Shown here: piece after piece, positions 19,320 through 28,071 of the stretch | Layout of the letters: every line of letters starts with the position of its first letter | Numbering within the stretch: position 1 is the first letter of the stretch | Source of the DNA: an uncultured Thermoleophilaceae bacterium | GTDB taxonomy: Bacteria > Actinomycetota > Thermoleophilia > Solirubrobacterales > Thermoleophilaceae | Direction of reading: 5' to 3' | NCBI GenBank assembly: GCA_963762265.1 | Contig: CAVXKC010000009.1 | Span: forward strand, 360,410-424,409 | Length of the DNA: 64,000 nucleotides | Notes under the pieces: generated by a model | The model's input: the letters and a program-made list of their open reading frames with translations, nothing else | Databases searched by the model: none | Told to the model about the DNA's origin: nothing | Position numbers and translations under genes: made by a program

Positions 19320-19472
19320 GGAGGCGACCGTACGACGCGCCCTCGCACGCGTGGGTGACGGCTGTAACGAAAGTGCAACTTCTCGCGCCGCCGCGCACCG
19401 GCGCAGGTTGGAGCACAATCGTTACCGTTCGCGTGCCCACGCGTAACCGCCGGCGGCGCTAGCGTCGCCGGC

Positions 19473-21000
19473 ATGCTCGCCAGCGTGGCCACTTTCGCCC
19501 TCGAAGGGGTCTCCAGCCAGGAGGTGACGGTCGAGGTGGACGTCCGGCCGGGGCTCGGCTCGTTCACGCTCGTCGGCCTTCCGGACCGCGCCGTGCGCGA
19601 GTCACGCGAGCGCGTGCGCGCGGCCGTTCTCAACTCGGCGCTCGAGTTCCCGCAGAAGCGCATCACGGTGAACCTCGCGCCCGCGCACGTGCGCAAGGCC
19701 GGCCCGAGCTTCGACCTCGCGATCGCGCTCGGCCTGCTGGCGGCGACCGAGCAGGTGCCGATCGAGGCCATCGCCCGCTACGCGCTGTGCGGCGAGCTCT
19801 CGCTGAGCGGCGAGCATCAAGCCGGTCAGGGGCACGCTGGCCGTCGCGCTCGGTGCGCGCGAGGCCGGCTTTCGCGATCTGCTCGTGCCCGCGGAGAACG
19901 CCGCCGAGGCCGCGCTGGTGGAGGGAGTGCAGGTCCGCGGGATCCCGACGCTCGGTCGGCTCGCCGACCTGCTGCACGGCCGCTGGGATCCCGACCCCGC
20001 TCGGCCCGAGCTCCCCGACGCGGAGGCCGGTGCTGGCACCGATGCCGTCGACCTCGCCGACGTGCGAGGCCAGGAGGACGCCAAGCGAGCCCTGCGAGAT
20101 CGCCGCCGCCGGCGGTCACAACCTGCTGATGATCGGGCCGCCCGGTGCCGGCAAGACCATGCTCGCGCGGCGGCTGCCGGGCATCCTGCCGCCGCCCAGC
20201 TTCGAGGAGGCGCTGGAGATCACCCAGGTCCACAGCGCGGCCGGGATCGGGACCGGGCGGCTCGCCACCGAGCGCCCCTTCCGAGCGCCGCACCACACGA
20301 TCTCGGCTCAGGGCCTCGTCGGCGGCGGCAGCCGGCCGCGCCCGGGCGAGGTCACGCTCGCGCATCGAGGCGTGCTGTTCCTCGACGAGCTGCCGGAGTT
20401 CGCCCGCAGCGCGGTCGACGCTCTGCGCCAGCCGCTCGAGGAGGGCCGGGTCGAGATCATGCGCGGCCAGCGCACGCTCGAGTTCCCGGCGAACGCGATC
20501 GTGGTCGCGGCCTGCAACCGCTGCCCGTGCGCGCGCCCGCCGGACGACTGCGCTTGCACCTCGCTGGAGCAGGGCGCGCTACCAGCGCCGCCTCAGCGGA
20601 CCGCTGCTCGACCGCATCGACCTCGTCTGCCAGGTCGAGCAGGTGCCGCCGCTCGAGCTCGTGGAGGACGCGGGAGCCGGCGCCGCCTCGAGCGAAGTAC
20701 GGCGCGGCGTGGTCGCCGCCCGCGAGCACCAGCGCCGACGGCTCCACGGCACGCGGGGCGCTCTGCAACGGCGACATGGACGGCCGCCTGACGCGGCCGC
20801 CGTCCCGCTCGACGCGGCGCTCACGGCGCGCCTGCTCGCCGGCGCGCGACCGCCTGAACCTGAGCGGCCGCGGCCACGACCGGGTGCTCCGTGTCGCGCG
20901 CACGATCGCCGACCTGGCCGATCGCGACGTAGTGCAGCCGGGCGATCTCGACGAGGCGCTCTCCTACCGGCTGGACGGCGTGGGACTGATGGCCGCATGA
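19473..21000 (+). pseudogene. comM: YifB/ComM-family Mg-chelatase-like AAA+ ATPase, at least 4 apparent +1 frameshifts
   Basis: Successive frames give: [24 protein letters not shown]...[26 protein letters not shown]; [18 protein letters not shown]...[11 protein letters not shown]; [33 protein letters not shown]...FRAPHHTIS...[11 protein letters not shown]...[14 protein letters not shown]; [15 protein letters not shown]; and LNLSGRGHDRVLRVARTIADLA. Confidence 0.85.
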
Positions 21001-21006
21001 GCGCAC

Positions 21007-22146
21007 GTGGAGGAATCCGCTTGCGACGCGTGCCTGCGCCGGGCGTTTCTCGTGGCCCGGCTGGCGCCGCGCATCGCCGGCCTGCTCGACCGGCCGCGGG
21101 CCGCGGACAGCCGGCATCCTGGCTCTCTCGGAGTCCGATCTGCTGGCGGCGGTCGCAGGCCGAGCGCGCCGAGCAGATCGCGCTCGACCTCGAGCAGCTT
21201 CGACCCGGACGCAGAGCGCGAGCGGCTGGGGCGAGCGCAGGTCTTGGCGCTCTGCCGTCACGCCGCCGAGCTATCCAGCGTGCGCTGCGCGAGCTCGACG
21301 ACCCGCCCGCGGCTCTGTTCGCGGCCGGGCGCCATGGGGCGCTCGAGCTCCTGTGCACCGAGCCGGCGGTCGCGATCGTCGGCACACGCGACCCGAGCCC
21401 CTACGGCACCGAGGTGGCGCGCGTCTCTGGGTCGCGGCCTCGGAGCAGCCGGCGTGCCGGTGGTGAGCGGGCTCGCGCTGGGAATCGACGCCACCGCGCA
21501 CCGCGGCTGCCTCGAGGGCGGAGGCGCGGCGTTCGCGGTGCTCGCGTGCGGTCCCGACGTCGCGTACCCGCGTCGCCACCGGCGCCTGCACGAGCAGCGT
21601 TCGCGAGAACGGCCTCGTGCTGTCCGAGCTGCCGCCCGGCACGCCTCCGTTTCGCTGGAGCTTTCCGGCCCGCAACCGGATCATGGCCGCGTTGGCTCGC
21701 CTGACGGTGGTCGTCGAGGCCGCCGACCCGAGCGGCAGCCTGATCACCGCGGACTTCGCGCGCGACCTCGGTCGCTCCGTGGCGGCGGTGCCCGGGCAGG
21801 GTGACCTCCAGGGTGGCCGCGCGGCACCAACGGCCTCTTGCGCGACGGTGCCGTGCCGATCACCAGCACCGAGGACGTGCTCGACGAGCTCTTCGGCGTG
21901 GGAGCAAGCATCCGCCCGCGCCGTCCCACAGCCTGCCGGCGAACCCGAGGATCCCGGCCTGCGCGCACGTGCTCGAGGCGGCCGAGAGGACTGGATTCGG
22001 TCGCTGCGATCGCCAACGCCGTCGGCCTCGTCGACGGCCCGAGGCGCGGGCCGCGCTCGCCCGCCTGGAAGCCGATGGCTACCTGGTGCGCCGGAGCCTC
22101 GACGGCTGGGAGCGGGCGCTCGGCCCTATCCTGCGCGGACCCGTGA
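21007..22146 (+). pseudogene. dprA: DNA-processing protein DprA, several frame changes
   Basis: Pieces are spread over three frames: [158 protein letters not shown] and [16 protein letters not shown]. Confidence 0.75.
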
Positions 22147-22150
22147 GCCG

Positions 22151-23027
22151 ATGCACATCGCTCGCTCGCCACCCACGGTGCTGTCGATCGCCGGCTCGGA
22201 CTCCGGCGGCGGCGCGGGCATCCAGGCGGATCTCAAGGCGTTCGCCCGCTGCGGTGTCCACGGCATGACGGCGATCACCGCCGTCACCGCTCAGAACACC
22301 GTGGCGGTCACCGGGGTCTATCCGCTGCCCCCGCGACGCCATCGTCGAGCAGGTCCGCGCGGTGGTCGAGGACATCGGCGTGGACGCGGTCAAGATCGGC
22401 ATGCTCGGCACCGCGGAGACGATCGCCGCGGTGGACCGCGCGCTCGACCTCGTCGGCGACGCTCCCATCGTGCTCGACCCCGTGATGGTCGCCGAGAGCG
22501 GCGCGCGGCTGCTCGACGAAGACGCCGAGGAGGTCCTGCGCACGCGCCTGCTCCGGCGCGTGACGGTCGTGACCCCGAACCTTCCAGAGGCGCGCGTCCT
22601 CGCCGGAGCCGAGCAGCCGCGCGTGCAGGCGCGGCCGGGCGCGCCCGGCGGCGATGAGGCCGAGCTCCTCGCTCGCGCGATCCTGGCGCGCGGCCCGCGC
22701 GCGGTCGTGGTCACAGGCGGTCACCGAGAGGCGGCCGCCGACCTCTTCCTCGACGGCGACCGGCTTGTCGAGATCCCGGGTGAGCGCCATCCCGGTGGCG
22801 CCGGGCACGGCTCGGGCTGCACTCACTCGTCGGCGCTGGCGGCGCACCTCGCCCTCGGCTTCGAGCCGCTCGAGGCGTCGCGAAGGGCCAAGGCGATCGC
22901 GGCCGAGGCGGTCCGCAACGGATTGCGCGGCCTCGGCCATGGCGCCGGCCCGGTGGACGTGTTCGGGCTAGCGGAGGCGCGGGCCAGCCGAGTAGCAGGC
23001 CGAGCAGCTGGAGCGCCGGTGCCATAA
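22151..23027 (+). pseudogene. thiD: hydroxymethylpyrimidine/phosphomethylpyrimidine kinase, one apparent +1 frameshift in the C-run at about 22333
   Basis: [41 protein letters not shown] is in frame 2. [25 protein letters not shown]...[15 protein letters not shown]...VVTPNLPEA...VVVTGGH...GHGSGCTHSSALAAHLALG is in frame 3. Confidence 0.8.
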
Positions 23028-23055
23028 TGCTCCGAGTCGCCGCCGCACGCGGCGG

Positions 23056-23352
23056 GTGGTGCACGCGCGCACAGCCGATTCAAGAGCGTCTGGGAGAGAC
23101 CACATCAAGTTCCTACGCATGAAGCCCGGATACGGGGAGGTCCTGCTCGCCGAGGGCGATCCGCGGGTGCGGGAGGAGCACGAGCGGCTGATCGAGGAGT
23201 TTCGCCGCCAGCTCGACGAGGGCATGTGGGCGGCCGTTCCCACCACCCATCCGGGCAGCGGCCGTCGCGAGGCGCGAATGGTCAAGAGCTACGGCGACAT
23301 CCCGCAAGGCGCCGACCGCGTGATCTTCTTCCCGCGCGCATCCGGCGGCTGA
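23056..23352 (+). CDS. hypothetical protein
   Basis: Intact ORF with non-junk composition (GEVLLAEGDPRVREEHERLIEEFRRQLDEGMW...VKSYGDIPQGADRVIFFP). The start is either GTG 23056 or ATG 23119. No family recognised. Confidence 0.4.
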   Translation: MVHARTADSRASGRDHIKFLRMKPGYGEVLLAEGDPRVREEHERLIEEFRRQLDEGMWAAVPTTHPGSGRREARMVKSYGDIPQGADRVIFFPRASGG

Positions 23353-23364
23353 GGAGGCGCTCAG

Positions 23365-23970
23365 GTGCTCCTGGCACTGCTCGCCCTCGCACTGATCGCG
23401 CTCGTCCTGGCGACCCCCCTGATCGCGCGCGAGGCCAAGGCGTGGCGCACCCGGCGCGCGGCAGCGCGCGGCACGGTCGGCCCGCTCGACGAGCTCCATC
23501 TCTATGACCCCGGCCGCGAGCGCCGCGCCGAGCAGCGGGCTCGCGAGCTCCTGCGCTCGTGTGTCAACGACGAGGAGTGGGCCATGTACCGCGATCTCGG
23601 CTTCATCCGGGTCGGCGGCAAGCACGCCCGGCGCGAGGCCGATCGCGGAGGCGCCAACGCCGCCGCGTACGCCTACCTGGTCTACCCGCACAAGCCGATC
23701 CTGGCCTTCGTCCCGGCGAGTGGCCAGCTTCTGTCCGAGTACTGCGTCGAGTTCCCCGACCTGACCGGCAGCGGCGGGCGGCATCGCCTACCCGCCTCCG
23801 ACGACGTGCTCGCGAAGTGGATGGCGCTGACCTCCGACGAGGATCGTGTGATTCGCCGCGCCAACCTGCACCTCGTCGGTCGCCAGCTCGATCCGGCTCG
23901 GGTGCGCCGCGACCTCTGGCGCCTCGCCGAGTGGGACCGACGCCGCAAGGTCCCCTCGCGCACGAAGTGA
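23365..23970 (+). CDS. hypothetical protein with N-terminal membrane anchor
   Basis: Intact 201-aa ORF with the N-terminal helix LLALLALALIALVLATPLI. Its stop overlaps the ilvD start (GTGA at 23967-23970). No family recognised. Confidence 0.5.
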   Translation: MLLALLALALIALVLATPLIAREAKAWRTRRAAARGTVGPLDELHLYDPGRERRAEQRARELLRSCVNDEEWAMYRDLGFIRVGGKHARREADRGGANAAAYAYLVYPHKPILAFVPASGQLLSEYCVEFPDLTGSGGRHRLPASDDVLAKWMALTSDEDRVIRRANLHLVGRQLDPARVRRDLWRLAEWDRRRKVPSRTK

Positions 23971-25643
23971 GCAAGGCCGACCCCCGCAGCCGCAGCCGGG
24001 TCATCCTCGATGGCCCGGACCGGGCGCAGGCGCGCGCCTACCTGAAGGGCGTCGGCTTCGACGACGAGGCCCTCCAGAAGCCGATCGTGGGCGTCGCCAA
24101 CACCTGGACCGAGACGATGCCCTGCAACTTCCACCTGCGCCGCCTGGCCGAGCGGGTCAAGGACGGCGTGCGTGCCGCCGGCGCCACCCCGATGGAATTC
24201 AACACGGTCGCGATCTCAGACGGCATCACAATGGGCACCGAGGGCATGAAGACCTCGCTGGTCAGCCGCGAGGTGATCGCGGACTCGATCGAGCTGGTCG
24301 CCCGCGGCCACATGTTCGACGCGGTGATCGCGCTCTCGGGCTGCGACAAGACGATCCCCGGGTGCGTCATGGCGCTGGCCCGGCTCGACGTGCCGGGCCT
24401 GATGCTCTACGGAGGCTCGATCGCCCCCGGCCGCTGGCGCGGCAAGGACGTGACGATCCAGGATGTCTTCGAGGGCATCGGCGCCCACGCAGCCGGCGAC
24501 CTGACCGACGACGAGCTGACCGACCTCGAGAACCACGCGAGCCCGGGCGCCGGCGCCTGCGGCGGCCAGTTCACCGCCAACACGATGGCCATGGCCTTCG
24601 AGGTGCTCGGGATCTCGCCGATGGGCAGTTCGATGGTCCCGGCCGAGGACGGCAAGAAGGGCCAGGTCGCCGAGGACTGCGGGCGCCTGGTGGTGGACGT
24701 GCTCGAGCGCGACCTGCGCCCGAGCAAGATCATCACCAAGGAGTCGCTCGAGAACGCGATCGCCTCGGGCGCCATGTCGGGTGGCTCGACGAACCTGGTG
24801 CTGCACCTGCTCGCGGTCGCCCATGAGGTGGGCGTGCCGCTCGAGCTCGAGGACTTCGACCGCATCGCGTGGGGCACCCCGCTCTTGTGCGACCTCAAGC
24901 CGGGTGGCCGCTATGTGGCAACGGACCTATACCGCGCCGGCGGCGTGCCGCTCGTGATCAAGCGCCTCAAGGAGGCCGGCCTGCTGCACACCGGCAGCGT
25001 CACCGTCACGGGCCAGACGATCGGCGAGGTGGCCGACCTCGCCGAGGAGACGGCGGGCCAGGACGTGGTCCGCGACACCGACGATGCGATCAAGCCCAAC
25101 GGCGGCTTCGCGATCCTGCGCGGCAACCTCGCGCCCGACGGCTGCGTGGTCAAGCTGTCGGGTCACGGCCGCACCGAGCACACCGGCCCGGCGCGCGTGT
25201 TCGAGTCCGAGGAGGAGGCGTTCGCCGCCGTCATGGCGAAGTCGATCCTGCCGGGCCAGGTCGTGGTCATCCGAAACGAAGGGCCCACCGGCGGCCCGGG
25301 GATGCGCGAGATGCTGCACGTGACCGCCGCGCTCGTCGGCGAGGGCCTCGGCGACTCGGTCGCCCTGCTCACAGACGGCCGCTTCTCCGGCGCCACCCAC
25401 GGCTTCATGGCAGGCCATGTGGCGCCCGAGGCGCCGCGCGGCGGCCCGATCGCCGCCCTGCGGGACGGGGACACGGTCACCTTCGACGTCGATCGGCGCG
25501 AGCTCAACGTGGCGCTCAGCGCCGAGGAGATCGCCGGGCGCATGGAGGGCTACGAGCCGCCCGCCCCCGCTTACACGAGCGGCGTGCTCGGCAAGTACGC
25601 GCGCTTGGTGGGCTCCGCCGCCGAGGGTGCCGTCACCGGCTGA
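23967..25643 (+). CDS. ilvD: dihydroxy-acid dehydratase
   Basis: From GTG 23967 the sequence is continuous: GPDRAQARAYLKGVGFDDEALQKPIVGVANTWTE..MPCNFHL...ISDGITMGTEGMKTSLVSREVIADSIE...LSGCDKTIPG...CGGQFTANTMA...TDGRFSGATHGFMAGHVAPEA. The upstream part of ORF 23559 is out-of-gene read-through. Confidence 0.9.
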   Translation: MSKADPRSRSRVILDGPDRAQARAYLKGVGFDDEALQKPIVGVANTWTETMPCNFHLRRLAERVKDGVRAAGATPMEFNTVAISDGITMGTEGMKTSLVSREVIADSIELVARGHMFDAVIALSGCDKTIPGCVMALARLDVPGLMLYGGSIAPGRWRGKDVTIQDVFEGIGAHAAGDLTDDELTDLENHASPGAGACGGQFTANTMAMAFEVLGISPMGSSMVPAEDGKKGQVAEDCGRLVVDVLERDLRPSKIITKESLENAIASGAMSGGSTNLVLHLLAVAHEVGVPLELEDFDRIAWGTPLLCDLKPGGRYVATDLYRAGGVPLVIKRLKEAGLLHTGSVTVTGQTIGEVADLAEETAGQDVVRDTDDAIKPNGGFAILRGNLAPDGCVVKLSGHGRTEHTGPARVFESEEEAFAAVMAKSILPGQVVVIRNEGPTGGPGMREMLHVTAALVGEGLGDSVALLTDGRFSGATHGFMAGHVAPEAPRGGPIAALRDGDTVTFDVDRRELNVALSAEEIAGRMEGYEPPAPAYTSGVLGKYARLVGSAAEGAVTG

Positions 25644-25716
25644 GCGCGCCGCCGGCTCAGGCGGCCTGCGACTCGCCGGGCGCCGCAGCCTTTGCGAGCT
25701 CCCCGGGCGCACGCGA

Positions 25717-25751
25717 CTTACGTTCGCCGCCACATAGGCGGCAAACGTAAG
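25717..25751. terminator. 15-bp stem hairpin between convergent ilvD and the hydrolase gene (candidate bidirectional terminator)
   Basis: CTTACGTTCGCCGCC - ACATA - GGCGGCAAACGTAAG. The single C/A mismatch on the + strand becomes a G-U on the - strand. There is no clear U-tract. Confidence 0.45.
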
Positions 25752-25815
25752 CCGGGCGGCTCGGCCGCTCGCGTTCGGCCGGGTCCTCCCGGCGCCGCGG
25801 AGCGAACGGCCCCGC

Positions 25816-26805
25816 TCAGGCCGCCTGCGACTCGCCGTCGCGCGTCTTCTTTGCCGCCGCCGGGCCGGTCTCGGCCAGGAACTCCATCATCACGTCGTTG
25901 AAGGCGCCCGGGCGCTCGGCCATCGGGATGTGGCCGGTGTCCTTCATGACGACCTTGCGGCTGTCGGGGATCAGGCGCTCGAATTCGTGCGCGTCCTTGA
26001 CGGGAATGATCGAGTCCTTCTCGCCCCAGACGATCAGCGTGGGCTGGCGAAGCTCGGGCAGGCGGTCGCGGAAGTCGTACTCGAGGTTCGCGCGCAGGGC
26101 GTCCTCGAAACCGGGCTTGCCGGTCCCCTTGAAGAAGCCCTCGTAGGCGAGGTCGGCGCGCAGCAGGGAGGGGTGGCGGGCGACGAGCAGAAGCGCCATG
26201 TGGCGCGACTTCGGCCGCGATGCGATCGGCCGCTGGCGCGACGCGCCGTGGGTTGCCATGGCCGCGGCGATCCGGCCCAGTGTCAGGACCGGCCGGTGCA
26301 CGAGGTCGGCGCTGGTGATCCCGGCCGCCGAAACCATGATCAGCTGGTCGATCCGCTGCGGAAACTGGATCGCCACCTCGGTGGCGATATAGCCGCCCAT
26401 CGAGTTGCCCACGATGTCCACGCGCCCCAGGTCGAGCCGCTCGCAGAGAGCATCGACCCAGCGCGCGTAGCCGGGGATCGTGATCTTGTCGCGCGGCATC
26501 GGCGTGCAGCCGAAGCCGGGCAGGTCGAGCGCGATCACGCGCCGCTCCAGGGCTGCGCGCGGGAGGTTCTCGAGCCAGTTCTGCCACTGGCCGCCGAGAC
26601 CGTGGACGAACACGATCGGCTCGAGATCCCCCGATCCGAGGTCGACGTAGTTCACTGGCGTGCCGTCGACGTCGATCTGGTGCAGATGGTCTGCCCACGG
26701 GATCAGCCGCCAGTCGGGCTCGGCGGTTCCGCCGTAGCCGTCGCCGGCGCGCCGAGCGGCTCGGACGCTGGCCGGGCGTGCTGTGGGGACGAACATCTTC
26801 GGCAT
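25816..26805 (-). CDS. alpha/beta-fold hydrolase
   Basis: Continuous sequence VFVHGLGGQWQNWL...IVGNSMGGYIATEVA (GxSxG nucleophile elbow)...LIVWGEKDSIIP...DTGHIPMAERP. ATG 26805 (MPKMFVP) is preferred over ATG 26856, which would overlap the divergent gene. Confidence 0.8.
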   Translation of the reverse strand: MPKMFVPTARPASVRAARRAGDGYGGTAEPDWRLIPWADHLHQIDVDGTPVNYVDLGSGDLEPIVFVHGLGGQWQNWLENLPRAALERRVIALDLPGFGCTPMPRDKITIPGYARWVDALCERLDLGRVDIVGNSMGGYIATEVAIQFPQRIDQLIMVSAAGITSADLVHRPVLTLGRIAAAMATHGASRQRPIASRPKSRHMALLLVARHPSLLRADLAYEGFFKGTGKPGFEDALRANLEYDFRDRLPELRQPTLIVWGEKDSIIPVKDAHEFERLIPDSRKVVMKDTGHIPMAERPGAFNDVMMEFLAETGPAAAKKTRDGESQAA

Positions 26806-26825
26806 GACACTTCTAGGGTAGGCCT

Positions 26826-27389
26826 GTGGCCAAGATTGCGCTCGACATCGACTCAACCCTCCATGAGTACTGGGATCTGCTCCGGCGCATCGTGAAGGAG
26901 CGCTACGGCGTAGACCTGCCCTACGAGGACCAGCGTGACTGGGGCATCACGGTCCTGGAGCGCGACGCGGTCGTCCACTGCGTCGAGGAGAGCCACTCCG
27001 ACGAGAACATCCTCGCCGGGGTGCCCTACGACAACGCGGTCGAGACCGTGCGCGACTGGCACGAGCGCGGCCACTGGATTCACGTCACGAGCCACCGCCG
27101 CCCGCAGACGGCCGAGGCCACCGCTCGCTGGCTCGAGCAGATCGGCATGCCGTACGACGACCTTCACTGCTCCTTCGACAAGGTCACCCGCTGCGTTGAG
27201 CTCGGCATAGACGTGCTGGTGGACGACAGTCCGGCCAACATCGCGCGCGCCCGCCAGGCCGGGATCCTGCCGGCCACGATCATCCATCCCTGGAACGAGG
27301 ACCTGGTCGGCCGCGACGGCGTAATCGGCGCGCGCGACTGGACTGGCCTGGCTACCGAGCTCGAGCCGGTGCTCGAGCGGATCGGCTAG
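26826..27389 (+). CDS. HAD-superfamily 5'(3')-nucleotidase-like protein
   Basis: Intact 187-aa ORF with the DxDxT motif (IALDIDSTLHEYW) and the downstream VLVDDSPANI motif. Confidence 0.65.
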   Translation: MAKIALDIDSTLHEYWDLLRRIVKERYGVDLPYEDQRDWGITVLERDAVVHCVEESHSDENILAGVPYDNAVETVRDWHERGHWIHVTSHRRPQTAEATARWLEQIGMPYDDLHCSFDKVTRCVELGIDVLVDDSPANIARARQAGILPATIIHPWNEDLVGRDGVIGARDWTGLATELEPVLERIG

Positions 27390-27397
27390 GTCCACCA

Positions 27398-28033
27398 ATG
27401 GCGCTGCCGAAAGCACTCCGGCGCCGCGCTCCCGACGCCTGGCGCAACAGCGCCCGCCTGCGCCCGATCGCGCTCCGGGCCGGCCTCGTACCGCCGCGCA
27501 CCATGCATTCGCCGTCCGAGTCGGCGCTTCTGCGCAAGCTGGCGAGCGGGCGCCGTCACGCGCTCGAGATCGGCGTCTACGAAGGCTCCTCGGCGCTTGT
27601 GCTCATCGACGCCCTACCGCAGGGTGCACGCCTCGATCTGGTCGAGCCGTTCGGCGCCGGGATGGACTGGTGGCAGCCCGCCGACGAGCGCGCCGTGCGG
27701 GCGCTCGTGAGCAGGGCGGCGCGGCGCCGCGGCGGTCCGGCGCTGCGCTGGCATGTGACGACGAGCGAGGAGGCGGCGCGTGAATGGTCAGAGCCGCTCG
27801 ACCTCGTGTTCATCGACGGGGATCACTCCGAGCCGGCGTGCCGGCTCGACTGGCGCCTCTGGAGCCGATTCGTCGAGCCGGGCGGCGTGGTCGCCTTTCA
27901 CGACGCGCGCGGCGGCCACCCGGGCCCCACCGCGGTGGTGGAGGAGCTGTTCGGCGGCGACGGCACGCCGGGCTGGGGAATCGCCGCCGAGCAGGAGACG
28001 ATCGTGGCCGTTGAAAGACTCCAAGTCCGCTGA
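27398..28033 (+). CDS. class I SAM-dependent methyltransferase (O-methyltransferase-like)
   Basis: Intact 211-aa ORF: ALEIGVYEGSSALVL...LDLVFIDGDHSEPACRLDW...GGVVAFHD, the Methyltransf_24-like pattern. Confidence 0.6.
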   Translation: MALPKALRRRAPDAWRNSARLRPIALRAGLVPPRTMHSPSESALLRKLASGRRHALEIGVYEGSSALVLIDALPQGARLDLVEPFGAGMDWWQPADERAVRALVSRAARRRGGPALRWHVTTSEEAAREWSEPLDLVFIDGDHSEPACRLDWRLWSRFVEPGGVVAFHDARGGHPGPTAVVEELFGGDGTPGWGIAAEQETIVAVERLQVR

Positions 28034-28071
28034 CGCCTGCCGGGCAGGACGAGTCTGCAACACTCGAAGCG

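Noticed and set aside
3512-23027. Programmed ribosomal frameshifting, transcriptional slippage or recoding as the explanation for the frame changes
   Set aside because: The sites share no slippery heptamer, stimulatory structure or common motif. They occur dozens of times, in both directions, in unrelated genes. This is incompatible with known recoding mechanisms.
25718-26698. 326-aa minus-strand ORF overlapping the alpha/beta hydrolase gene in another frame
   Set aside because: It is Arg/Pro-rich junk. The 25816..26805 frame carries the GxSxG hydrolase motifs.
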